Positions 38,162-48,879 of a stretch of 64,000 nucleotides of DNA are shown piece by piece (within the stretch, counting starts at the first letter, position 1; every line of letters begins with the position of its first letter). Location: positions 682,001 through 746,000 of the forward strand of contig NW_026250406.1 of assembly GCF_024521635.1 (NCBI RefSeq). Direction: 5' to 3'. The position numbers and the translations under genes are program-made. The stretch comes from Tricharina praecox. Lineage: Eukaryota. Under the pieces are notes generated by a model. That model was given only the letters and a program-made list of their open reading frames with translations. It did not search any database and was not told where the DNA came from.

Positions 38162-39796
38162 ATGAGTAAACGTCCCGAAAAAACCCACTACGTCCCGCCA
38201 GGTCGCCGCCCACACAAAACACCCGGTGTCTCGGTCGTGGCTGCCGCCGCTGCTGGTTCCCACCACTCACCCGCGACCACCCCCAGGATCGCGCCACCTC
38301 CACCTGCTGCCATTCCTCCCTCCTCTACGACCACCCCCCTCGCTCAGGCCCCCCTGCGTCCCACCGTGGCTGCGCATACCCCGAGCTATATCAATACCGC
38401 ATCTGCCACTCGCAACTCCCGCAACCACCCCACAACCTCCACATCACACGCCGCCGCACACGCACAACTTCAACAATATTCACCACCACCACCTTCGACA
38501 CATTCTCATCTCGAATCGTCCATCACCCCAGCTTCTCCACCACACACGCACACCCATCCTCGAAATACAACCACCACTACCAACAATAATACATACACAT
38601 CCGACGCAATGCGGTCCGGCCATCCTTCACCGCACATGCGCACCATCGTCCCGCGTCGCGACTCCTACGATGTTGGAATTGCCCCTGGAAACGGTCATCA
38701 CCGTGTAGAGGTAATTTACTATCCTTCTACATACGCTGCCCTCTCGTCGTCGTCTCTCTCTCCTGGCATAGTCTGTTGCTGCTTCTGCTGCCGGGTTGGC
38801 GCGGCATGTTCTGCACTTCCTGTCGCTATCAGGCTGTTGCCCGTTCCCCAACCGAACCCAGCCTTGCACTTGCTTCGTCAGCCTCACGACATGCCCAACT
38901 CCACATGCGGCAGTAGGGCAGTGCAGCCTTCAGAGTCGACGCAGCACCCAACTCCCAACGCCCAATATGACAGAGCTAACTTTAGCGACGCACAGGTCCG
39001 CGATCTTAGATCCAACGATTTCCCTGTTTACCGCAGCGACCGCATCGAGAGCTCTCCGCGTCTGTCGCATGCAACAAAATACGACGGATCGCATCTCGGA
39101 CGTAGCGCTCGCAATTACGACGATCGTTACGGCGATGTTCGTCCCACCTTCAGAGGTAAGGCGCAGTATCAGGCTCCGAGCCCAATGATGGCGCCCGTAC
39201 GCATCCTGCGTAATCCCGACCGCGAGAGAGAACGCGCGCGCGAAAGCCGTGACGAGTTCGTCGAGGAACATGGTGTATGTTTTGCGCATCCTCCCTCCCC
39301 TGCCGTATGCGGTGCTAACCACTACCACTAGTCTCGCCAGTTCATCACTCGTGCCGAGCCGCGCGCATACCCTGCTGCTGCTCCCCTCGGTCCCTCGAAG
39401 GCGAGATTTCTCGGCGACAGCATTCACACTCTGGCTCCGGCGACCTCTCTCAGTGAACGCTGCGAGCGTTACATCAAAACTCTTCACCCCGAGCGGCCAG
39501 ATCCCCCTACTCAGGATGAGCCGTATGAGTATCCTTACACCCAGCCCTGCGATCCTACTACCCTCCCCGAGATCAAGAACGGACGCAACTTTCCGATCCC
39601 CGCCGATATGGAGAGGCCGGTCTACGTCACTGAGAGTATCCGCACACCCTCAATCGAGCATGATTATTTCGTGCCCGGTTCCAAGATCCGTCCCGAGAAG
39701 CGTCGTCGTCATAGACCCCGCCGCCGCGACGAATACGACGAGGCCTCCAGCATCGGCGAGGATTGCGCCCGTCGCATGTACCGTCTCCACACGTAG
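38162..39796 (+). CDS. Hypothetical low-complexity Pro/His/Arg-rich protein (spliced)
   Basis: Long ORF from MSKRPEKTHY. Candidate intron from GTAATT at 38711. A clear intron ~39274-39331 (GTATGT...GCTAAC...TAG) joins RDEFVEEH to a final exon ending EYDEASSIGEDCARRMYRLHT*. Confidence 0.6.
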
Positions 39797-40950
39797 AGCG
39801 GACACCACTTAGATGCCTATATCGCTAGAACCGGAAGGAAAGATGAAATCGGGCGACAAAGAAGAGATGGGACTGAACGAAAAAAGGTAATTACTGGCGG
39901 CAAGGCACATTTTACAACTAGAAGAGGGGGGGGAGGGGCAAACAACGATCATCGACAGCAGAATTGTTACTTTTCCGCAATTACGATGCCGGCGCAGAAA
40001 TGCTGTGTTCTGGAAAAAGTCTTTTTTTTCTTGCGGATCGCAGCGCCGAGACATCTGGAAATGTGAGATGGGCGGGGGGAGAAAAATTTGGGCTGGATTG
40101 GAAAGACGTTCTACGGCTTGGTTTTTTTTCCCCTGTTCTGTACTTTTCTCTGCGTTTTTAGCAAGAGACTTAGGTGATTCTTGGGGGAAACACTCTGGAG
40201 AGCGGTGGATATTTGGGCTTTGGGCTTTGAAGTGTGAGGAGGGATAGACAGCTAGATAGGCTGTCTCTTACAAGTTACAACGATGGGATACTACTAGTAC
40301 TGATACTATTCTTTGTCTGTTTATTTCTTTTTCTTTTCTTTTCTTTTCTTTTCTGTTAGCTTCCGTTGGGAGCTCTGCTCTCCTTGATAGGAGGGAGTTG
40401 TCAACGGACGGATGGGTCGGGAGCATTTGAATGGGATGGGATGGGATGGGATGGCGGAGTTACTGTTTGCTTGCTTCACTTATGGTGTTGGCTGATTGGG
40501 TTGGCTTTCTCTTTTTCTCTTTTTCTCTTTTCTTCTCTTTTGTTTGTACATGTCTTGTTGACGAGACGAGGTGCTCTTCGAAATGCCGTGTTCGTGTTGT
40601 GTTGCTCTAGCTAGCTATTGCAGTTTGCAATTTTGGATACGGGATCACAATGGAAGCTTCAATAATTCATTACTTACTTTCCCGTGATGATCGTGATGAT
40701 TGTGACGATGAGTCGAGCGCAAATAGAATCACATGAAACTGAAACGTGTGGCCCCCACGTCGCCCGCCCCCGGCCGGCGCCCCGCCACTAGCGCTGGCGG
40801 GGTATGTACTCCAGTAACCTTGAAACATAGCTCCCGCTCCTCACGCACGCACGCACATACATAGGCCAGCGACCTCACCTCATCTCACCACCGCACCGAA
40901 GCAATCTCACCACCCCCCCATCATCTCCGCAAACACCGCACTCAGTCAGA

Positions 40951-42638
40951 ATGGATCCTCCCACCACGGCCCTCTTCGTGCGCCTGCAGCAGCACCTCAC
41001 CGCCATCGTGACGGAAGAACCGCCGCCCGAGCTCGACGCCGTGCTCGTGCGGACGTTTACCTCGTCACTTGCCGGTTTGTCTCGCACTCCCCACTCGCCC
41101 TCGCGCTGTGACTCACTCCCAGCGGTACTATAGACACGCCCGCGACGCGCCCGCAGCTCGGTCTTTTACCACTCACCATCCTCGCGCTGGAGACGACCAC
41201 GTCGGACGCCGCACCGCTAGCGCAGTGCATCCTGCGACTTTTACGCGACGTCCCGTTTACCGAGGTGTTACAGATCACGTCTGAGGCGCAGATACTGGCG
41301 ACGTTGTCGTCGCCCGCCGCCGCGTTCCAGCGGCTGGGGCTCGAGCTGCTGCACAAGGCCGCGAAGACCCCGAATGAGGCCGGCATGCTGGCCTCCTGGC
41401 CGGCGGTGATGAAGGCGCTGCTGCGGGTGTTACTCCTAGGCGAGGAGACGGCGACGGCGCAGTTTGCGAGCGATGTGTTGTTAGAGTTGCTGAAGGTTGA
41501 TTCGATCGCGACTGGGGGTGCTGGCGTGGTGTGGAGGAGGGTTTTTGGCGATGAGGGGGTTTATCGGGTTTTTTTTGAGAGTACGAAGGTGGGCGAGGGG
41601 GGCAGGGCGGGGCACGCGCAGAGTCGGCTGCTCGAGCTGATGCCGCGGATTGCGGCGTGTGACTGGGAGCTAGTCTGCCGCAGCCGGTTTCCGGCGGTGG
41701 AAGCGGAGTACTTCGAGGTGCTGGAGGAGCGGGATGGCCGGGAGTATGGTGGGCTGCTGTACTATGTCGCCGCGAAGATGGTGGCGGACCGCGAGGACGT
41801 CATGATGCACATGCTGCTGCTAGAGTTCTACACGGTGCTCTTCGGGGCGTCGAAGAAGCGCGCGCTGGCGTTCCTCGAGGACCTGGGGATCGTGCGCGAA
41901 GTCGTCGCGCTCGCCCTGCGCCCAGAGGAGTACACCGACGACTCCATCGACGTGGACCTGCTGCAGCCGAAGGCGTGCGCCTTCGTCGGCACGCTGATCA
42001 CACACTTCCCGTCGCGGCTCTCGCAGCCCGCGGACAAGCCCCTGGGCGGCGAGCTGCTCAAGCTGATCACGCACCACCTATCGGAGCCCTACGCGCCTCC
42101 GCACAGCCCAACACTAACCCTGCTGCGCGCCCTCCCCCCCGCCTTTCTCGTGGGCAAAAACATCGTCTCGCTCCTCCCCTTGTCCCCACCCCACCCCGAG
42201 TTCCTGCGCACCCTTGCCCTCCTCCTACCGCACGAACCGCTGTACCGCGAGTACGCAGCCGCGTCGTCGGATATGTACGAGCGCCTCACCGCGCTCTCCG
42301 AGACCCTCGTGCACGGTCAGTCCGCGGTCGAGGCGCTGAATATCATTGCCGCCATTGCCGCCAGCGAGGGAAACTGGGGGGTGCAGGAGATCCTCAACGC
42401 CCCCGGCGTAATGGGGATGCTTGCAAAGCTGCCGGAACAGAGCTTGGGAGCGGGAAGGGATACGGATGGGGCGGCGTGGAGAGTGCTGAGGAGACGGTGG
42501 GAGGTCGCGAAAACTGTGGAGGAGAGGCTGGAGGGGGGGAGTCCGTGGAAGGGACGGATGCAAGAGCGTGTGGCCGGCGGCGTGGTTAGGCGTGTTGGGG
42601 CAGGGGAGAGGGTCGAGGTTGCGACGGAGGGGATGTAG
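40951..42638 (+). CDS. HSM3: Hsm3/S5b-like ARM/HEAT-repeat proteasome assembly chaperone (HSM3 N-terminal domain protein)
   Basis: MDPPTTALFVRLQQHL, intron 41075-41133, then FQRLGLELLHKAAKTPNEAGMLA, VWRRVFGDEGVY, AQSRLLELMPRIA and EDVMMHMLLLEFY, as I recall from filamentous-fungal Hsm3-like proteins. Confidence 0.65.
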
Positions 42639-42807
42639 CCTGGGATGGGATGGGATGGGTGGGATGGGGTGGGACGGGGCGTGGGGTGGGATGGATGGGT
42701 GGGGATGGAGTGGGTGGGGATGGGTGGGAGGGCGATGGGCGTTGCGGCGTTTGTGTGTAACTTGTGCGTAACTTGTGCGTTGCGCGTTGTAAGTTGTAGG
42801 TTGGGGA

Positions 42808-43195
42808 ATACCAATACCAATACCAATACCAATACCAATACCGATACCGTAGGAAGCGGTGAAGTGCGTGGTGCTGCTACGATACATTGAATGGATCGAC
42901 GAGCGAGTGAGAGTAGAGTACAGCAAACGGTTCCATGCCACATCACACGTACGAGTAGTCACAACACACAAGATCCTCGGAGGAAATCATCCCATCATTC
43001 ACTTTTACTCGTCTCCCACCGGCTAGTGTAAGGGCTGTGTTGTGGCAGGACTGGACACGGGTGGGTATTCTATCAGTCGCACTGGCAATGGCAGTGGCGG
43101 TGTGCTGATGACGGAGGTGAATGTGAAGGTGAATGTCAATGCGAATGTGAATGTGAATGTGAATGTGAAGGTGAAGGTGAAGGTGAAGGTGAAGA
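42808..43195. repeat. Hexamer microsatellites (ACCAAT)n at ~42808-42848 and (GTGAAT/GTGAAG)n at ~43117-43194
   Basis: Read directly. Confidence 0.85.
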
Positions 43196-43893
43196 GTCAT
43201 GGATACTGGTATCTCACACCCGTAAAGCCACACCTCGCCCCCTTCCAAGCGCAGACTCCGCGTCACTGGGCTTGTGAGTCACCAACGACCAAACCCTCAT
43301 CCAGTCCCACCTAGATGGTTGGATACCTACCCAGTTGTTCGGACTTTTTCGACGATATGGCATACCTACGCACTCGGCGTATCCTGAATAGGTATCCCGA
43401 TATCTAATCCTTTTTTGTCCGATCGTTGATTGAGTGCGGCCTCTCTGCCCGTAGTTGCCGTATGTACAGTACTGGTGAGCACAGAAGTGAGCCACCGCGC
43501 ACAGGCTGTGAAGGCAGTCTGATACATCCTACATAGAGTACTTCGATCTTGTAGAGGCCTTGATGGCAAATGGCTGGTGTGAGGCAGTGGTGAATGGAAG
43601 CAGAGGGCACTCACGAAATCACTCGAGCATACCGTATTAGCGCTCAGCTCCTTTGCGCGTTTTCGTCTTTTTGCTATGCACCAAGGCAGGCACCAGGACA
43701 GGCACGATGTCGCGCATGGATAGTACTGTGGGGTGCATACATATCACCCATCCACCCATCCACGCACGCACATGTTTTGGATATATTGATATTGACATTT
43801 TTTCTTAATCGCTGGAGTCTATTGATAGTAGTAGTAGTTACACTCCCCGCACCCGAACAATTCGTACAGTCGCCTCAACCGCTCAGATGGCGC

Positions 43894-44717
43894 TCAGATC
43901 GCGCCCAGCTCCTTCAGCTTCGCGACGAGGCCGCCAACATCCTCGACCTTGCCGCCGCCTTGCCGTGGCGGGGGTTCTGTTCGGACTCGTCAGCACTTGT
44001 ATATCTGTAGACGGGAATAAGTGTGAACGCACCAACAACCTGCAGCACCTCGAGCCGCCTCTCCAAGCCCGCACCATACTCGGCCAACGCGACCTTATCC
44101 AGCTTCTTCTTCTTCGCCTTCATGATATTCGGCAGGCTCGCGTACCTCGGCTCATTGAGCCTGAGATCCGTCGTGACGACCATGGGCAGCTTCCCCCTGA
44201 CGGTCTCGGTACCGCCATCCACCTCCTTCACGACAGTAATGTTATCCCCCTCGAGCGTCAGCTCGGCCGCCTGCGTCGCTTGCCCCCACCCGAGGAGGCC
44301 CGCAAGCATCTGTCCCGTCTGCCCAGCGTCGTCATCGATACTCTGCTTCCCGAGAATAACAAGGTTACACTCCTCCTTCTGCACGACCATCTTCAGAATC
44401 TTCGCGACCGCCAGCGGCTCGAGGTCGCTCTCCACCCCCGCATCCACAAGCAGCCCGCGATCCGCGCCCATCGCCATAGCAGTGCGCAGGGCGTCCTGCG
44501 ACTTCGCGGGGCCGGCAGAGAACGCGAGGATATCGGCGATGCGGGCGGGGTGGGCTTCGCGTAGGCGCACCGACGCTTCGATCGAGAGCTCGTCGAAGGG
44601 GTTCAGGCTCATCTTTTGGCCCGTCAGGTCGATGGACTTGCCCGACGACGCGATGCGTGGCTTCAGTGCGTAGTCGAGCACCCGCTTTATCGGCACGAGG
44701 ATGCGGAGGGTGGTCAT
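43894..44717 (-). CDS. ETFB: Electron transfer flavoprotein beta subunit
   Basis: LRILVPIKRVLDYALKPRI, MSLNPFDELSIEASVRLRE, AMAMGADRG, GKQSIDDD, VTTDLRLNEPRYASLPNIMKAKKK; intron ~43978-44031; C-terminus EPPPRQGGGKVEDVGGLVAKLKELGAI*. Confidence 0.96.
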
Positions 44718-45198
44718 TGTTGCTGCTGCTGGTTGTAGCGGTGGTGCGGGTGAGCGAGTGGGAGTGGTGGTGGTGGTGGGGCGAGGGCTGGAGTAGGCTG
44801 GTGGGGTGGGAAGGCGGCGGGGTGACGATATTGGTTGGTTGGTGCCGGTTGGTTGCACGTGCTCTGCCGAGATTAAGCGTGTGGGACTTGAGTGTCCGCT
44901 CACGCACGCACATGAAGCCGGCGGCAATCACCCCCACCCCCGCAGGTAGGCGACAGTTGTAGGCATGCAAACATGCAGGCAGGTAATTGATACTGATAGT
45001 AACTCCTACGGTAAAGAAAGTGGAATGAAAGAAAAAAATGATTCGCAGAAAAAGGTAGAAAAGTTTTCCGTACAGCCCATGTAACACGTCTAATTATGTA
45101 CATTACCATCGTACTTACTACGACCTCGGCCTGAGACGATTCTCAGAACAAAACAAACGGAGAAAACCCTATAGCAAGTGATAGAAAAAGTGGTTAAG

Positions 45199-47289
45199 CT
45201 AGTACCTCCCCCTCGAATCCCTCCCCTGCTTCCTCAGCCTCTCCCTGGCAACTTCCTTATCGACCGGGAGATAGTACAACTTCGGCTTCGCACGCGTGCT
45301 CAGGAAGAGCTGGTCGAAATTCATCACCTTGGGCCGTTTCTCCCTTGGTCCAGTGGATCCGCTCTGCATCGGCGGGGGTATGTAGGCACCTGGGGCAGCT
45401 GTGTCATGGTCAGCGTCGTCTCTCTTCAACATCAATGAACGGGGAAACCTACATTCACTTGTCCTCCTGGGGCCAGAGGGCGCATTCGAGATGTCGATGC
45501 TTCGTTTTCTTGCCGCAGCGTTGGCGGCGCCAGCACTGACGTTGCCAATGCGACCTGCCAGTCTGCCACCCGCATTGCCCATTCCACCCTCCACCAGCTC
45601 TGCCGTGACCTCTCCGTTGACAGTCTCGTAGCTAATCTCCCAACGAGCTCCCATGCCCCGGGCCTTCTCGCGCTGAACCCATTCGGCTACGTGTTCCTCG
45701 GGTACGAAGTCCGCCCACAACGGCTTCCTGGTCTTCTCGGGCGGAAACACCTTATTGTGGATACCGCCGCGGACCCTGTTGGCAGAACCCGGGGTGTCGA
45801 ACACGATCAGCGCATGGCTCCTGATCGGGTCGAGATAGAACGATTCGATCAATGACGAGGCAGGTTCCTCATCGCTACGTGACGCGAGAGTCAATATGTG
45901 ATTGCGTAGATTAGGTTCCTGCAGTGGTCGCACGAAGTTGCGGATGTAGAGTGCACGGGTGACAGGGTGAATCGAGGGCTCGACTGGCGCCTCGTCCTGA
46001 TCGTTGTCTTCAAGCTCTTGATCCGTAGCCAGCGCAGAGTCGTTGAAGAGACCCTTGAACCGCGCGTCTCGGCCACGGCGCGGCGGCGATTCCGCACGCT
46101 GCTTCTTGGGCGATGGAGGAGTAATATCGTCTTCGGCGGAGGGCTCGACGGACGCGAGGTGAGACGGTGGCGGGGTATCGGAGCGACGCTTGCGCTTGAG
46201 CGAGTCGGCAGGGTCCACATCCATTCCTTCGACCGAAACTGTCTCGGGTGGGACATCGTCTGACACGAGGGTGCCGGGCGCCGGCTGAGAAACCGACGTA
46301 CCCTCGGTAGCCGTTTCGGCGGGTGTAATCTCCATTGGCTCCGCCGTGCTAATTTCTACCCTCGCAGAATCTGCAACAGGTCCCTCTGACATGGGCTCCG
46401 GCACAGGCTCCAACGTAGGATCCGCAATAGGCTCTGTTGCGACAGGCTCCGATATAGGCTTTGAAACAGGCTCTGTTGCGACAGGCTCCGGCATAGGCTC
46501 CGAAACAGGCTCCGTTGCGACAGGCTCTGGGGCGTGTTCAGGTACAACTTCCAGCGCGGTCTCGGGTGTGGTCTCAGGCGCAGTCTCAGGAGCAGTTTGT
46601 TCTGCCACGACCTCCGGTGCTGACTCCGATACTGGCTCCACGGATTCGGGCTCTGGAGCCGGCGCGTGTTCCATCTCGACGTCAGGAGCTTCCATCTCGA
46701 CATCAGGAGCAGCCTCGGGCGCCGGGGGCAGCGGCGAGGTCGCAGCGACGGGTTCGGAAGGCATCTCTTCGGCGGTCTTCTCTTCAATCGGCTGCTGAGG
46801 TTCGTCATGGCTGACTTCCATAGCTTCCGGTTCCGACGCGTCCTCCTCCTCCTCTTCCGTAACCAAGACATCTTCTGCCGGTGGCACGTCGTCAGTAGCT
46901 GGTAAAGTCTCAGTGTCCTCTTTCTGTACTTCGGCCTCTAGCGCAGGTACAGACTCCTCTTTTTGCACTTCCGGTAAAGATGTCGGAGGCTGCGGCGCAC
47001 TTGCCGGCGCGTCCTCAACCTTTTCTTCAGCTACCGACGCGTCCGCAATCACCGTCGGTACATCAAGGAAGGGCGCAATTTCCGTAGGCGCCTGCTCCTC
47101 CGGTCGCGGCTGCACTTCCTCCTCATCCTCATCTGCCGGCGCGTCCTGCTCCTGTTCTTGCAGCAAAAAGTCCCTCAAGCGATCGACCAGCACCTGCTTC
47201 AATCCCGTCGACGGCAATCCTCTCTTTCTAAGTTCGGCGCGTAACTCGGTGACTTTGTACGCCATCAGACCATCGGGATTTAGCTCCAT
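45199..47289 (-). CDS. Acinus-like SAP + RRM + RSB-motif protein (splicing/EJC-associated ASAP complex)
   Basis: N-terminal SAP (KVTELRAELRKRGLPSTGLKQVLVDRL), acidic EPVATEP repeats, RRM-like RALYIRNFVRPLQEPNL...FYLDPIRSHALIVF, and RSB-like FDQLFLSTRAKPKLYYLPV. Confidence 0.85.
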   Translation of the reverse strand: MELNPDGLMAYKVTELRAELRKRGLPSTGLKQVLVDRLRDFLLQEQEQDAPADEDEEEVQPRPEEQAPTEIAPFLDVPTVIADASVAEEKVEDAPASAPQPPTSLPEVQKEESVPALEAEVQKEDTETLPATDDVPPAEDVLVTEEEEEDASEPEAMEVSHDEPQQPIEEKTAEEMPSEPVAATSPLPPAPEAAPDVEMEAPDVEMEHAPAPEPESVEPVSESAPEVVAEQTAPETAPETTPETALEVVPEHAPEPVATEPVSEPMPEPVATEPVSKPISEPVATEPIADPTLEPVPEPMSEGPVADSARVEISTAEPMEITPAETATEGTSVSQPAPGTLVSDDVPPETVSVEGMDVDPADSLKRKRRSDTPPPSHLASVEPSAEDDITPPSPKKQRAESPPRRGRDARFKGLFNDSALATDQELEDNDQDEAPVEPSIHPVTRALYIRNFVRPLQEPNLRNHILTLASRSDEEPASSLIESFYLDPIRSHALIVFDTPGSANRVRGGIHNKVFPPEKTRKPLWADFVPEEHVAEWVQREKARGMGARWEISYETVNGEVTAELVEGGMGNAGGRLAGRIGNVSAGAANAAARKRSIDISNAPSGPRRTSECRFPRSLMLKRDDADHDTAAPGAYIPPPMQSGSTGPREKRPKVMNFDQLFLSTRAKPKLYYLPVDKEVARERLRKQGRDSRGRY

Positions 47290-48475
47290 CGTTTCGCGTG
47301 TCGCCTCGCGTTCGTCGTGAAGGTAAAAGTGTACGGTATCGTTTGCGTAGGCGTTGTTTGGGTTGTTAGCGGCGGTATTTTGGGTGTTGGTGTTGTGGTT
47401 TGGGTGTGTGGTCCGTGTTTGGGTTGTCAGAAGCGAGCGAGCGGAAGAAGGCGAGAGGAGGCTCTGGTGGTGTTTCCAGATGCTGGCTTGGCAGCGTCAC
47501 ACTCAAACTGAATGGCACTAGTGTAAGGATGATTGACGGAAACATTTTCGGTCGAGACCCTCATGAGCTGGAATCTCTGCTGGGCAGACTAGTATCTAAG
47601 AGCAATAAATCTTGCCGTCGTGCAAAGATTTACTTCTTGCGCTGATTGACGCAAAATTGATGCGGTAACTAGTGCCCGACGACGGCGACCGACGCATGAA
47701 ATATCACTCCTGGTTAGTTACCGAAATAGTAGGGAGTGGATCCACGTACGTGACTGGAAAAGGCTAATGAATAGGCCAAGCTAGCAGCCGACAACCCCAC
47801 TGCTCGTAGAGTGGAGAGGGCACTACCTCAACTAGTACGGCATCAGGCTGCCACCACCTCCATTGTCAGCCTATCTGAAGCGCCGGATCACGGAAGCCAA
47901 GTAGAAGGAAGCAAAGGCATGGGCGGAAGCGAAAATCACCAGCAAGAATTACCGGTAGAGCCAGAAATCTGGCCAGAAACTGATTCAATTCCGGCGATGG
48001 CCCCAAGCGCCTGGCCTCAAGATTCTACCAGCTGAAGACGGGACACTGCCTCACCGGCCAATACCTCCAGTGGACGAAGAGCCGGCCAGATGCGCGCTGA
48101 GGATGGTGCAGCTACAAGACCGAGAAGCAGGAGCACCTTCTCAAGTCCTATTAGTAATAGAAAAGTCAGCAAAAGATACTATGGGAACAGGTTCGGAAGG
48201 AGACAGGGAGGGGCAAAGACCGCTTCAAAATCCGAGACCTCTTCGCAGACGAGCGGTGCAGCTAGGCTATCCAAGACTTCCTCTCCTCCACTAATGTGGG
48301 CAGGCGAATCCCAGAGGCCGATGAGGAAGATGCAGCAAGTGAGGTGTCCGAGTAGGAGCCAAGGGAGCGGGAACAGAGGGAGGTAGAGTTAAGACGAGGT
48401 GCTGACGTTGAGGAGCCAAGGTTACTCGGACCGCTGTTCATCCCCACTGCACCCTCCTTCATGGCATCCCCTGAC

Positions 48476-48879
48476 GAAGAGGCAGGAGGCGGAGCGGAGC
48501 AGGGAGGGGGTGCGGAATTTGTCTTTTCCTAGTGTCATTCCCTTGTGTGCTCTGCTTTTATTGCTGGGACAGGCCGGGGCGGAGGGCATGGGGGGGCCAC
48601 ACCGGGCCGCTGGACAAAAGTCGAGTTTTGGACAGTGGGGTGGAAACGGAGAGTGTATGGGCGGATATTGCCATTGTGAAGAGGCAGGAGGCAGCGAGGC
48701 GGAGTAGGGACGAGTCGAGGGAGCGGACGTTGTCTTTCCTAGTGCTGTATCCTTGTTGCGCTCTTTTTCTACCGATGGGACAGGCCAGTCTGGGGTACGG
48801 GAAACCACATCGGACCGCTCGATGAAAGTCGGGCTGGACAGGGCCGTGGAAACGGAGAGGGTGTGTGTATATTGCCATG
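48476..48879. repeat. Imperfect ~200-bp tandem duplication
   Basis: gaagaggcaggaggc...tgtctt(t)tcctagtg...tgggacaggcc...gtggaaacggagag...atattgccat at 48476-48675 and 48678-48879. Confidence 0.85.

Noticed and set aside
47811..48386. Same-frame ORFs separated by one TGA (possible readthrough or pseudogene)
   Set aside because: Low-complexity product, no ATG start and no family resemblance
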